From IMG/VR virus record IMGVR_UViG_3300029305_005280: 64,000 nt of DNA. One strand, written 5' to 3'. Below, one piece after another: positions 1 to 10,319 of this stretch. Below the pieces are notes generated by a model. It was given only the letters and a program-made list of their open reading frames with translations, had not been told where the DNA came from and made no database searches. Both the position numbers and the translations under genes were made by a program. The DNA is from a virus (Duplodnaviria > Caudoviricetes). Each line of letters opens with the position of its first letter. Position 1 is the first letter of the stretch.

Positions 1-1
1 T

Positions 2-592
2 TTGCAGAGAAACATTGATGAGTGTAATAGCAGATTATCCGAAATAAAGTTACAAATAGAAGCGTTAACACAGGATATACTGTATAATAATAATGTTAAG
101 AGTGATTTACAAACACGGCTCGATATTATTTCAAAATTCAATACAGTTGTCACAAGAGATTTTAGAGGTTACTTGCTTTTGAATGTCATCAAGTTTATCA
201 ACGAAAAAGCAAAGGAATATTCTCAAGATATCTTTGATACTGATAGAATTGAATTTAAACTTGATGGAAACTTATTGTCCATTACATATGATGGAAAACA
301 GTATGAAACATTGAGTGGTGGAGAAAAACAAAAAGTTGATATTATCATTCAATTTGCAATTAGAGATATGATGTGTAAATTTCTTGGTTTTTCGTCAAAC
401 ATTCTTGTGGTCGATGAAATATTTGATAACCTTGATAGAATAGGTTGCGAAAAAGTTATAAATCTTATTTCCACTAAATTATCAGATATCAGTAGCGTGT
501 ACATTATATCACATCACTCTGACATTGATATACCTTATGACAGAGAACTGGTAGTTGTAAAAGATGCAAATGGTGTGAGCAAGATAAGATGA
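2..592 (+). CDS. SbcC/Rad50/gp46-like ABC-ATPase recombination nuclease subunit, C-terminal part (5' truncated by window)
   Basis: Coiled coil, then ABC signature LSGGE, Walker B ILVVDEIFDNLD and H-loop IISHH. Confidence 0.9.
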   Translation: MQRNIDECNSRLSEIKLQIEALTQDILYNNNVKSDLQTRLDIISKFNTVVTRDFRGYLLLNVIKFINEKAKEYSQDIFDTDRIEFKLDGNLLSITYDGKQYETLSGGEKQKVDIIIQFAIRDMMCKFLGFSSNILVVDEIFDNLDRIGCEKVINLISTKLSDISSVYIISHHSDIDIPYDRELVVVKDANGVSKIR

Positions 593-1440
593 CATACACA
601 AAACCAACAAATATTTCATATACTGAAATGTGTATATATATTGATGAAAATATATATACTGATTCATTTGATGAAACAACTGTTTATCAATATTTATATC
701 ATATCATAATGATGCTTGCAAAACAAGCACAATTGTTTAGTAGACATCATTATTATGATTCATTTGCTATATATGGAGCAAATCGAGTTTATTTTAGGTT
801 GACAAATAAAAAACAATGGCAACCTAATGAAGATAACACTGGATATAAGATGCAAAGGATAAAGAGTGTACTTAATTATATAAAGAATATTCTTTATCAT
901 TTGAAAGTTGATTTTGAGCAAGAGGAATATGCTCAAACATTAAAAGTTATTGAAGCTAAAGACCTTGAAGTTGATTACAGCAGAATTATATCTAATTCAG
1001 TTGATTCATTGACACTGATTGATTTTGAGAGTACACTTGGAAATGTTAATCGAACTTGCGAGAAATTTTTATCAACCCTACCATATAAGAAGACTACAAG
1101 CGAGTGGTTAAATATTTATATAAGTGTGATGTTATCATTTTTGAACAGTGTTACATTATCAAAAATGCAAGCTAAAAGAATAGCACATTTGGAGGGCACA
1201 GGAAGATTAAAAGATTCTCATATTGATAATTTTTATACTACAAATGAAAAAGGTTCCACAATATTATTTCATTTGCCAAAATCAATGGAGAATTACATAA
1301 CAGTATTAACACGACAACTTAAGCATATTGTTGCAAAAGATTTAAGTGAAATACTACATACAAATATATCGCAAGATATGATGTTATTAGAATCTGAAGC
1401 ATATATCAAGGAGTGTGAAAGTACACAAGATGAATATTAA
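589..1440 (+). CDS. Hypothetical protein, possibly a divergent phage sigma factor
   Basis: 283-aa ORF coupled to the gp46-like gene; helical pattern loosely like sigma region 2; function is a guess. Confidence 0.3.
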   Translation: MTYTKPTNISYTEMCIYIDENIYTDSFDETTVYQYLYHIIMMLAKQAQLFSRHHYYDSFAIYGANRVYFRLTNKKQWQPNEDNTGYKMQRIKSVLNYIKNILYHLKVDFEQEEYAQTLKVIEAKDLEVDYSRIISNSVDSLTLIDFESTLGNVNRTCEKFLSTLPYKKTTSEWLNIYISVMLSFLNSVTLSKMQAKRIAHLEGTGRLKDSHIDNFYTTNEKGSTILFHLPKSMENYITVLTRQLKHIVAKDLSEILHTNISQDMMLLESEAYIKECESTQDEY

Positions 1441-1819
1441 GAATGAAATCAATAATCTTAAAACAGTAGACATCTATAGTTTAATGATGTTTGCATTATA
1501 TAAGATGAGTGATATACCTGAATATTCAGCGTTGAGTCAACTTGCATATATACTTGATAGAGATAGTTTACTTAAACTTTGTGAGTTTTATGGTGGTTTA
1601 ACTATAACAATTCCAACTGTTGATGAATTGGAAAATATGTTATATGCTTTGCTATTGTATCAAGAAGTGGATATTGAACATAAAGATTACAATAAGGCAC
1701 TTGAAGTGCTACATAAAAAAGATTTACCCATTGACATAATTGAGAATAACTATGTTAATGTTAAAGATATATTGAAAAATTACAATTTTAATTCAGGTAG
1801 AAATAAAGATGCTATTTAG
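1415..1819 (+). CDS. Mor-like transcription activator (start may be ATG 1430)
   Basis: LLKLCEFYGGLTITIP resembles the Mor-family L..F(Y)GG..I.IP motif. Confidence 0.45.
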   Translation: MKVHKMNIKNEINNLKTVDIYSLMMFALYKMSDIPEYSALSQLAYILDRDSLLKLCEFYGGLTITIPTVDELENMLYALLLYQEVDIEHKDYNKALEVLHKKDLPIDIIENNYVNVKDILKNYNFNSGRNKDAI

Positions 1820-2015
1820 GGACAAATTGTATTATATATTAGAGGAACTCAATAGTCATAAAAGAACACCTAATCAGGTTATGCAGAGTTGTATTGAAGA
1901 TAGGTTAGAGAGTTCCTTGAACTCTTACAAGCACTCTTTGGAAAATAGTTATTCTTACTTAAGCACCAAAGATGAAATGAACGTGCTTAAAAAATTAAAC
2001 AGAGGTTTAAAATGA
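1809..2015 (+). CDS. Hypothetical protein
   Basis: ORF overlapping both neighbours in an operon. Confidence 0.6.
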   Translation: MLFRDKLYYILEELNSHKRTPNQVMQSCIEDRLESSLNSYKHSLENSYSYLSTKDEMNVLKKLNRGLK

Positions 2016-2338
2016 GAAATTTGCTTGAAGACCTTTCAGTTCTGACTACTGTGGGTAAGTATAACTATGAGGAATTGGCCAATAAAACAATTGCAATATT
2101 GAGTCATAATGTGGAAGAATCAATTTGTGATAAAGAGGAACTAGTTACCACTGATATTGGAATTGGCCAATTAACAATAGCGTGTGTTGATGATAGAATA
2201 TATTATAAATTCATTCCGTCACGTAAACTTGAAACCTCAATAAAAGATACGTTTAGAAATAAACAGAGTGCTCTAAAGTTAGAAATTGATGAAACACTCG
2301 GAAAAAGAATAACTAATACATATAAGGATTTGTTTTGA
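2012..2338 (+). CDS. Hypothetical protein
   Basis: ORF with GAGG RBS, overlaps neighbours. Confidence 0.65.
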   Translation: MRNLLEDLSVLTTVGKYNYEELANKTIAILSHNVEESICDKEELVTTDIGIGQLTIACVDDRIYYKFIPSRKLETSIKDTFRNKQSALKLEIDETLGKRITNTYKDLF

Positions 2339-2850
2339 TGGATGAATTAGTAAAAGGAGTTCCACCGCTGGATTTAATTCCCTTGGACGAAAAAACAGCG
2401 TTGATAGCTCAGCAGATTCTTGATGAGCAAGATATTGATAAGGTAAAGGATTTAACAGCATTATTCAATCTAAATGCTCAAAAAAGAAACGTAATGAGGG
2501 TTATCAAAATGAATGGATTACTTGATAAAGTTACAGACCAAGTAATCGAACGTTTTGAAAAGTATCCTGCAAACTTTAGTAATGATGATTTGATTAAATA
2601 TATGCAAGTTACTGAAAACGCGATTGACCGGGCAAATAAAAATCTTAATCTCGTTGAGGAAACACCAGCAATTCAGCTGATGCAGAATAATCAAGTTAAC
2701 ATAAATATTGATAATGGACTTGACAGAGACTCAAGGGAAAAGGTACTAGATGCAGTTAAGGCTATATTAGCAAATGCAACCAAACCTGAACCTAAAGTAG
2801 TTGATGTTATCGAAATTAAGGAAGATAAAGGTGAAGACAATGATACCTAA
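2335..2850 (+). CDS. Hypothetical helical protein
   Basis: 171-aa ORF in operon. Confidence 0.7.
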   Translation: MMDELVKGVPPLDLIPLDEKTALIAQQILDEQDIDKVKDLTALFNLNAQKRNVMRVIKMNGLLDKVTDQVIERFEKYPANFSNDDLIKYMQVTENAIDRANKNLNLVEETPAIQLMQNNQVNINIDNGLDRDSREKVLDAVKAILANATKPEPKVVDVIEIKEDKGEDNDT

Positions 2851-4051
2851 TGCAACCAAAAGAGGTCAAAATGAATCAGAACAGTCATATATTGAGAGGT
2901 TATTACTATTAAAAATAACCAAGAAAACTAAGTTGAGCTGGGCTGAAATTAGTGACCTAATATATAATAACACCGGTAGATATAAATCAGTTAATGCTTG
3001 GAAACATCAAGGTTACAAGCTATTTGATAGATTAAACAGACCTGTTGAGACTTCAAACAATGATTCTGAAGTTATTGATGAATTGAAAGATGTCATTCAG
3101 GAATACAAAAAAGAAAGAATCAAAACTCAAGAAGAAAGAACCCAGAATCAAGCATATGTTAGACGTATTGCTCGTGAGGAGTCAATCATTGAAATCGCAA
3201 AATACTTTGCTGATACAATGTCAAGTAAAAAGATTCTTCCTGAAAAGACTTGGGCTATGACATCTGACTCCACAAATGAAGCAATATTGCAGTTAAGTGA
3301 CTGGCATTATGGCATTGAGGTTAACAATTATTGGAATAAGTTTAATCCTGATATTTGTGAACAAAGAATTACTGCTTTGAGAAATGAAGTAATTAGATTT
3401 TGTCAAACTAATGAGGTAAGAAAGTTACATATTGTAAATCTGTCAGACCTTATCGCTGGCAGAATACACTCAACAATCAGACTTGAATCAAGATGTGATG
3501 TTATCAGTCAAACAATGAGAGTTGCAGAATTGCTTGCAGAATTTATCTCAGATGTTATGATAAATGCAGATGTTGAAGTTGAATACTACGATTGTCTTGA
3601 TAATCATTCAAGATTAGAGCCAATCAAATCAGATTCCCTTGAGCTTGAATCATTAGTAAGAATTATTCCTTGGTACTTAAAATTAAGACTTGAGCACTAT
3701 GATGATATAACAATACATGAAAATGAATACAGCGATGATATTATTACATTTGATGTGATGGAGGGCAGATATCGAGTAGCTGGTGTACATGGTCATAAAG
3801 ATAGACCTAACAAAGTTATCGATAGTTTGACTCTTATGACAAAAACTCACTACGATTTAATCTTAAGTGCTCATTTACATCATTTCTCGTGTGATGAAAA
3901 GAATGAAACACTACATATTAGTAATGGTTCATTGATGGGTACCGACACTTATGCAAAAGATTTAAGATTAAGTTCGAAAGCATCTCAGAATATTATATTA
4001 GTTAATGCAGATTCAGTAGCAGCTGATATCCATAGAATTATTCTTAACTAA
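2840..4051 (+). CDS. Calcineurin-like metallophosphoesterase
   Basis: Motifs LSDWHYG, SDLIAG, DNHSR, VHGH, AHLHH; AAGGTG RBS before ATG 2840. Confidence 0.85.
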   Translation: MIPNATKRGQNESEQSYIERLLLLKITKKTKLSWAEISDLIYNNTGRYKSVNAWKHQGYKLFDRLNRPVETSNNDSEVIDELKDVIQEYKKERIKTQEERTQNQAYVRRIAREESIIEIAKYFADTMSSKKILPEKTWAMTSDSTNEAILQLSDWHYGIEVNNYWNKFNPDICEQRITALRNEVIRFCQTNEVRKLHIVNLSDLIAGRIHSTIRLESRCDVISQTMRVAELLAEFISDVMINADVEVEYYDCLDNHSRLEPIKSDSLELESLVRIIPWYLKLRLEHYDDITIHENEYSDDIITFDVMEGRYRVAGVHGHKDRPNKVIDSLTLMTKTHYDLILSAHLHHFSCDEKNETLHISNGSLMGTDTYAKDLRLSSKASQNIILVNADSVAADIHRIILN

Positions 4052-4140
4052 TTGTATATATAAATAGTTAAGTTTCATACTATACTATAAATCAAAGGTA
4101 AGTCCTGAAAAGGTAAGTCCAATTGTAAAGGAGATATAAT

Positions 4141-4554
4141 ATGAGGTACTATAGCGATGAATTAAAACAATTTTTTGACACTGAGGAAAGTTTACTTTCC
4201 GCTGAGGAAACTGCAAGACAAAAGCAGGAATCTGCAAAGGCAACAAAAGCAAAGTATGCAAAAGCAGTTGAAGATGCAGATAAGGCAGTTGATAATGCAT
4301 ATGAAGCATTGAAAAATGCAAGAGCAGAAGTGCAAAAACTTCAAGAAGAATACGATAAAAAAGTTGATTCTATCATGAATCCTGTTAGAGAACACTTGAA
4401 GCTTATGCAAAAGGAGAGAGCCGATGCAATAAGAGCATTCAATGAAAAATATGGTGTATATACAACAACTTATACTGGAACTAAAGCATTGAATGAGTTC
4501 TTGAAGCTCGATGATTTTTGTAATAATTTCTTTGACAGAAAATTCTTTTTTTAA
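4141..4554 (+). CDS. Hypothetical coiled-coil protein
   Basis: AAGGAG RBS, Ala/Lys/Glu-rich helix. Confidence 0.75.
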   Translation: MRYYSDELKQFFDTEESLLSAEETARQKQESAKATKAKYAKAVEDADKAVDNAYEALKNARAEVQKLQEEYDKKVDSIMNPVREHLKLMQKERADAIRAFNEKYGVYTTTYTGTKALNEFLKLDDFCNNFFDRKFFF

Positions 4555-4685
4555 TATATAAAATTAAGAAGCTTAACTATTGACAGATAACATTTGAGAT
4601 ACTTTAAATATAGATTATGTATGCCTATTATTTGATTTTACTCAAGTGGTAGGCATTTTATTTTATGAAAGGATAACTTAAAGAT

Positions 4686-5018
4686 ATGGCAAGAAAAGAT
4701 TTTGATGCATACTATTTACAATTGTATAAGCAATACAATGAGTTAAAAAATAATCTTGCAGAAATGTCACAGGAAGTTAACGAAGGTATGATGCCTCCTG
4801 AACGAATGGAGCAGTTGAAAGCAACTATACAACCGGTAAAAAATAGTTTTGAAATGCTGAGCTATATTAAATACTTACTTGATAAACCTACACGTAAGTC
4901 AAAACATGAAGGGTATGCAAAAAGAAATAAAAACATACTCAAGATGAGTGAAAATAATACAGCTGATGATGTTATTCATCGTAATCAAGCTGTGCTAGAG
5001 TCTCTTAAACAACGATAA
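4686..5018 (+). CDS. Hypothetical protein
   Basis: ORF with AAGGA RBS. Confidence 0.7.
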   Translation: MARKDFDAYYLQLYKQYNELKNNLAEMSQEVNEGMMPPERMEQLKATIQPVKNSFEMLSYIKYLLDKPTRKSKHEGYAKRNKNILKMSENNTADDVIHRNQAVLESLKQR

Positions 5019-5019
5019 A

Positions 5020-5319
5020 TTGTATGTAAAATTGGAGATAAATATGAAAGAATTATTATCAAAAATAGGCATTACACAGCCTGGTTATTTTTCAAAAGAC
5101 AAGAATTATGTAATTGATTTTGAATCAGACGCTGAATTTAATAAGGCATTTAGCAGACTTGATAAAAGTGACCTTGTTGAAGAAAATGATGATTCGAGTG
5201 TTGTTAATCTTAATGTGACAAATGTACTGTACACTAATGAAGATTATTCACTTAATCTGATTGCTGATTTTGAGCAAGACACATATAAACTTGTTGTTAC
5301 ACAGTTAAAGGAGAACTAA
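5020..5319 (+). CDS. Hypothetical protein (likely start ATG 5044)
   Basis: GGAG RBS upstream of MKELL. Confidence 0.65.
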   Translation: MYVKLEINMKELLSKIGITQPGYFSKDKNYVIDFESDAEFNKAFSRLDKSDLVEENDDSSVVNLNVTNVLYTNEDYSLNLIADFEQDTYKLVVTQLKEN

Positions 5320-5322
5320 AAG

Positions 5323-6081
5323 ATGTCAGCTAAGATAATTAAATTTGTTGATAAGTATGTTAAAGACATTGTTACGGACTATGATGCATTATCTGTTCGT
5401 TGTGATGAATTTGATATGACTAAAAAAGGAAAAGAATTACAAGATATTACCTTGCACCTAAAGAACACAATTCGTGCAAATCCTGATATGGTTGCATTAT
5501 CTGCTAATCAAATTGGATTTGATAAAAGAATTATCTGTTTGAATTTCAATGGTGACATTAGAACATTTGTTAATCCGATTATAACAAGAGTTGCAGGGTT
5601 TGAACTATCAAGAGAAACTTGTCATTCAATTCCTGATAAAACATTTATTAGAACAAGATATAACAAGATTGAAGTTACATATCAGACTCCGTTAGGCAAG
5701 GTTGAGTCGGTTGAATTGCTTGGCTTAGCTGCAAGAATTTTCCAGCATCATGTTGACCATCTTGATGGATTGCTTTTATCAGATATTGGACTTGAAATTG
5801 ATGCTGATTTCGACAATGCTACGGATGAAGAACGCAAGGAAGTTATTGATATGTATCTTGATTCTTTAGACTTAACACGTAAACAGTTAGAGGAAGATAT
5901 CAAGACCGACAAAGATGCACAGCAGCTTGCGGATGCAGCACGATTTATTGAAAGTGTTAGAAAAGGTGAAACAGTAGTTGAAAGTGTTCCTTTAACTGAT
6001 GATGAGATTGCCGAAATTGAAGCAATGAAAGAAGAAGCTGAAAATTCAGTCGTTGAATCTGATACGAAAGGTGACGAATAA
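5323..6081 (+). CDS. def: Peptide deformylase-like protein with degenerate catalytic motifs
   Basis: VALSANQIG (motif 1), ETCHSIP (EGCLS motif), QHHVDHLDG (HExDH motif, Glu replaced by His); acidic C-terminal extension. Confidence 0.8.
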   Translation: MSAKIIKFVDKYVKDIVTDYDALSVRCDEFDMTKKGKELQDITLHLKNTIRANPDMVALSANQIGFDKRIICLNFNGDIRTFVNPIITRVAGFELSRETCHSIPDKTFIRTRYNKIEVTYQTPLGKVESVELLGLAARIFQHHVDHLDGLLLSDIGLEIDADFDNATDEERKEVIDMYLDSLDLTRKQLEEDIKTDKDAQQLADAARFIESVRKGETVVESVPLTDDEIAEIEAMKEEAENSVVESDTKGDE

Positions 6082-6569
6082 TGTCTATCAATAATGGTAC
6101 AATCAACGCACTGATACAATTAAATGGCGGAGACTTTGATAGTACAAAGCAACTTGAAGAGCGTGAACCCTATATTACCTCTGATTATTACATGTATGTG
6201 GGGCAAGGTGTTGAGGGAAATCTTCCTATAACACCCATTAAAGTAAGGCAGGCGGACAGAGCAGGCCTTGCTGATACTTTAGTTGCAGGGACAGTTGAAA
6301 TTAAAAATAGTGTAATCAAAGTTGCAAGTAGTATTACAATACAAGATAAATCAATAAAGTCAAACACTACAGGAAGTTCTACTCTTGAGGGCTTTAATGT
6401 AAAGAGTAATAATATTACACCAGCTTCAGGTACAGGAACTATTTCAACAATGAATTTATCAGAGATAAAGAGAATACAGCTAGTTAAAGGTCAATCATAT
6501 GGCACTGAAGCTGAAAAGAATGCTTTAACTGATGTAAAAGTAGGGCAGTTATTTTTTGTTGTGGGGTGA
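6081..6569 (+). CDS. Putative virion/tail-associated protein
   Basis: Ser/Thr/Gly-rich, C-terminal GQLFFVV typical of fibre-associated proteins; precedes the Ig-repeat gene. Confidence 0.45.
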   Translation: MSINNGTINALIQLNGGDFDSTKQLEEREPYITSDYYMYVGQGVEGNLPITPIKVRQADRAGLADTLVAGTVEIKNSVIKVASSITIQDKSIKSNTTGSSTLEGFNVKSNNITPASGTGTISTMNLSEIKRIQLVKGQSYGTEAEKNALTDVKVGQLFFVVG

Positions 6570-6573
6570 TTAG

Positions 6574-8514
6574 ATGTCATTTACAAAAGACACAAATACA
6601 ATTGCATTATTTGCGTCAACAGGTGACTTCCACGGACAAATCAAATTGTCTGCAACAAGGAATATTGTGAACAATACCTTTACTGTAAAAGTAGAAGGTG
6701 TTAGGGCATATTGTAAGTATGGGTGGAATTTTGCAACAAATGTTGAGGTTAGATTAGCAACTGATAGTTCCGGAAGTGGTGCGGTTTCCGACACAGGTAA
6801 GATTAGTTCATCAGGTAGCAATTCGTATAAAGGATGGTTGCCAAGTAGCGGGTATAGTGACACTGCAACATGTTCAAAAACATTCAGTGCGAATGCCGAT
6901 GGGACTTGTCCTGCAGTTTATCTATATGCAAGATTTTACAATAATAGTGTTTACTGGATAAATGCAGGAAAAAGCACAAAAGTTGAGACAACTTATCACG
7001 CTAATATTAGTAGTTCCGTGCAGTCTGATGCAGGCGGTCAGATTGATAGAAGCGGTCCCACCGTTTCAATAAGTAAAGGAACAGAAGCAGTAACATCAAT
7101 TAGTTTTACTGGCAGCTCTAATGCAAATTGTGACCAATGGCAGTATCAGCTTGATGGTGGAAGTTGGACCTCTTGTGATTGGAGTGAGGGTAAAGGAAGT
7201 TCAAAAACTTTAACTGTTACAGAAGGTTCACATAATGTCAGATTGTGGGCCAGAAGAACTTACAATCATGTTGGTGGTTATTCGGGTTACGTGTATTATG
7301 ACACCACAAGACCTACAATAAGTGATTTTACAATGACTCCAACAAGTAGCACAACCGCTACTGTTAAGTTTAAATGCAATAAAGACTGCAATTGGTATCT
7401 TGAAGGGCCTGACGGAACAATATTAACAAGTTGGTCTTCTGCAGTTAGTGCTAATACACAAGTTAGTAAATCAGTCACTGTTTCCAGCACAAATGGGACA
7501 TATACATTACACGTAAGGCGAACAAGCAACAGTTCGTTAACAAAGACAGCAACTACAACTTGTGATACAGTTTTACCAACAATAAACACATTTACAATGA
7601 CTCCTGTTAATGGAACGACTGCTAATATTAAGTTTAAATGTAATAAATCATTTAATTATTACATAAAGAAACCTGATGGCACAACAACTTCTTGGTCAGG
7701 TACATATGCAGCTAATACAGAGCATTCAGTTAATTTGACTGTCAGTTCAGTGAGCGGTACTTATACATTGTATGTCAGAAGAACATCAGCAAACTGCTTA
7801 ACTGCAAGTAAAACAGCGACTTGCGATACAAGATTACCTGTCATTGAAAGTTTTACTTTGACACCAATTAGTGCAACTCAAGCTAATGCTTATATCAAAG
7901 TATCATTAGCTTCAACGTGGTCAATAAATACTTCATCAGTAAATGACCCAACGGGTTCTGCAAATCTTACATATTCTGGCATTGTAACTCTTGATGAAAA
8001 CCAGAATAAGTCGTATACATTGACGGTTGCAAGAACAAGTTGTAGCGGATTAACTGCAACTAAAACTGTTGTTTGTGACACCACAAGACCTACAATAAAC
8101 ATCAAAGATGTTTCAACTCTTGCAAATACAGTCACTTTTACTGCAGAATCAAATGTGCCTTGCAAGAATTGGAAGTACATAATAAAATATAAAACAAATA
8201 GTGCTGATAAGACAGCAGTATTTAACAGTGGTAGCACCTCAAGCAAGACATTTACTATCAATGATGTAAGAATGAACGAAGAGTTTGAACTTCATGTTGA
8301 AGCTACAAAAGTTTCAAACGGAGCTCTTGGTACAACAAAGTATGCTGAAACAATAACTTGTTTGGGTATCGGGCATATTGTTAAAGATAATCAAAACAAG
8401 GAAAAACTTGTTACAGCTTATGTATATACGCAAGATAAGGGATGGGTATCTGCTGTCCCCTATATTTGCACAAGTATTAAAAATGGTAAACCACAATGGG
8501 ATTATGGTCGATAA
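6574..8514 (+). CDS. Virion structural/adhesin protein with ~5 Ig/FN3-like repeats
   Basis: ~87-aa repeats starting (C/Y)DT..P.I..FT.TP; Ser/Thr-rich beta composition. Confidence 0.7.
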   Translation: MSFTKDTNTIALFASTGDFHGQIKLSATRNIVNNTFTVKVEGVRAYCKYGWNFATNVEVRLATDSSGSGAVSDTGKISSSGSNSYKGWLPSSGYSDTATCSKTFSANADGTCPAVYLYARFYNNSVYWINAGKSTKVETTYHANISSSVQSDAGGQIDRSGPTVSISKGTEAVTSISFTGSSNANCDQWQYQLDGGSWTSCDWSEGKGSSKTLTVTEGSHNVRLWARRTYNHVGGYSGYVYYDTTRPTISDFTMTPTSSTTATVKFKCNKDCNWYLEGPDGTILTSWSSAVSANTQVSKSVTVSSTNGTYTLHVRRTSNSSLTKTATTTCDTVLPTINTFTMTPVNGTTANIKFKCNKSFNYYIKKPDGTTTSWSGTYAANTEHSVNLTVSSVSGTYTLYVRRTSANCLTASKTATCDTRLPVIESFTLTPISATQANAYIKVSLASTWSINTSSVNDPTGSANLTYSGIVTLDENQNKSYTLTVARTSCSGLTATKTVVCDTTRPTINIKDVSTLANTVTFTAESNVPCKNWKYIIKYKTNSADKTAVFNSGSTSSKTFTINDVRMNEEFELHVEATKVSNGALGTTKYAETITCLGIGHIVKDNQNKEKLVTAYVYTQDKGWVSAVPYICTSIKNGKPQWDYGR

Positions 8515-8523
8515 AGATAGAAG

Positions 8524-9138
8524 GTGAAATTGATGAATGATATAGTGTTGAAAGGAATACTAAAAGATATTGAACCTTCACACAATATTGATGGAATTAG
8601 CTTTGATAAAGCGAAGCTGATTGCAAAAAGAACCAATGGTGACGAAGATGTCATCAATCTAAGATTCAAATCTTTTAGTAACAGATATAAAGAAAATGAT
8701 GAAGTTACTTTACAAGGTAACATTCGTTCATATTCATATAAAGTATCAGAAGATAAGAATAAAGTTGTTATCTATGTGTTCACTTATTTTGATGAACCCG
8801 ATGAAATTGAAGAGGGTGTAACTAATAAAGTTACTATTGATGGCAGAATTTGCAAAATAAATGAGTTAAGAACAAACAAGAATAATAGACAAAATATTCA
8901 CTTCATTGTTGCAAATAATCTTATGTCAGGTGACGGCACAAAGAGACTTAACAGTTATATTCCTTGTATTGCTTGGAATAATCTTGCAAGAGAATTATCA
9001 AAGTTAACAGTTAATACAAAAATACAACTTAAGGGTGAATTGCACTCAAGAGAACATAAGAAAGTTCATGAAAATGGTGATGTTGAAATTCGTGTTGCTC
9101 ACGAACTTCTTGTACTTGGATATGAGGTGCTTGCATAA
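8524..9138 (+). CDS. ssb: Single-stranded DNA-binding protein, tandem OB-fold (clostridial type)
   Basis: NKVTIDGRI...SYIPCIAWN...GELHSRE; two OB-like halves. Confidence 0.85.
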   Translation: MKLMNDIVLKGILKDIEPSHNIDGISFDKAKLIAKRTNGDEDVINLRFKSFSNRYKENDEVTLQGNIRSYSYKVSEDKNKVVIYVFTYFDEPDEIEEGVTNKVTIDGRICKINELRTNKNNRQNIHFIVANNLMSGDGTKRLNSYIPCIAWNNLARELSKLTVNTKIQLKGELHSREHKKVHENGDVEIRVAHELLVLGYEVLA

Positions 9139-9488
9139 TGCAGTTTGATTACTTGTATTCAATGCAAGCTACTGGTTCACTTGAAATTGAAGATGTAGGT
9201 AATTGTGCTATTATTGCTACTACTGGTCTTTTTCAAGAGTATATTCTTATTATAAAAACAGAAGGTGGAGATACTCAAATATTGCAGTACGGTCCACAAT
9301 GGGTTGAAGAGGATATGCCTATATTAAGTGAAGTTAGTTGCACATATAGCAGATTCCAATACAATCAACGAAAGATTGAGCGTTATATAGATACCTGGTT
9401 AAATAGTAAAACTATTGCACAACAGGCGATAGCGGTCACAATCGAGGAAGCAAAAGAACATTTGAAAGATATGAGGACTTTTGTATGA
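9138..9488 (+). CDS. Hypothetical protein
   Basis: GAGGTG RBS, coupled TAATG. Confidence 0.7.
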   Translation: MQFDYLYSMQATGSLEIEDVGNCAIIATTGLFQEYILIIKTEGGDTQILQYGPQWVEEDMPILSEVSCTYSRFQYNQRKIERYIDTWLNSKTIAQQAIAVTIEEAKEHLKDMRTFV

Positions 9489-9688
9489 TTGAGAGAGATA
9501 AAGTTAAAGATTATAGCGGAAGAATTATTGGATTTGTTGATTATGACACAACAAATGGTAATAAGATTGTCAGAGATTTCTATGGAAAAATTCTCGGCAA
9601 ATACAATAAAAGGTTGAACATTACAACAGACTTTTACGGGCGCACTGTTGCCAAGGGAGACCGTTGTTTAATGTTACTACATAAATAA
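9485..9688 (+). CDS. Small beta-hairpin repeat protein
   Basis: Three D(Y/F)(S/Y)G(R/K) repeats. Confidence 0.6.
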   Translation: MIERDKVKDYSGRIIGFVDYDTTNGNKIVRDFYGKILGKYNKRLNITTDFYGRTVAKGDRCLMLLHK

Positions 9689-9690
9689 TA

Positions 9691-9722
9691 TAGTTGACTT
9701 TTCGTTTCTTATACATTATAAT
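9691..9722 (+). promoter_or_regulatory. SigmaA-type phage early promoter (TAGTTGA-N19-TATAAT family)
   Basis: TTGACT-N17-TATAAT; same 32-bp motif recurs >20 times. Confidence 0.85.
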
Positions 9723-9755
9723 ATAAATGTAAAAAGGAAAGGAAGGTCAATTTTT

Positions 9756-10232
9756 ATGACACTAATTGAAAGAAGAAAAGCAAAATATCCTGAGACAGCT
9801 ACATTCCATTATCATAATGCTAACCCAAAGAATAAAATAACAACTGATTGTGTTATTAGGGCATTAAGTGTTGGAATGGAAAAATCCTACGAAGATGTTG
9901 TTATGGAAATGGCAAAGTTTCAATGCGAAACAGGATTCGACATGAGTAGCACAGAGGGGATTGATAGATACCTCAAGAAGAATGGTTGGACTCGTTGTAA
10001 ACAACCTAAAAAAGATGATGGTACGAAATACACAGGCAAAGAGTTCTGTATGACACTCTCACACCCAATCTATAGTGAGGAATTAAATCTGTGCAAAGAG
10101 CCTTTTAATTGGCATAGAGTTATTGCTGATTGTGGAGGACATCATATCGTAGCAATTGTAGAAGGGCAGATATGGGACACTTGGAATTCCACTGCAGGTT
10201 CGATAGGTATTGTATGGGTCAAGACTGATTGA
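9756..10232 (+). CDS. Conserved phage protein, papain-like Cys/His/Asp motif pattern
   Basis: DCVIRAL...HIVAI..GQIWDTWNS. Confidence 0.5.
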   Translation: MTLIERRKAKYPETATFHYHNANPKNKITTDCVIRALSVGMEKSYEDVVMEMAKFQCETGFDMSSTEGIDRYLKKNGWTRCKQPKKDDGTKYTGKEFCMTLSHPIYSEELNLCKEPFNWHRVIADCGGHHIVAIVEGQIWDTWNSTAGSIGIVWVKTD

Positions 10233-10245
10233 CCCATACTTTTTT
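10212..10245 (+). terminator. Rho-independent terminator
   Basis: GTATGGGTCA/TGACCCATAC hairpin + T run. Confidence 0.85.
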
Positions 10246-10319
10246 AACATTTCATTGGTGTATTCATACCCCTAAATTGTATAACTTAATATAGAAATAT
10301 TTGATACTGGAGACATTAC

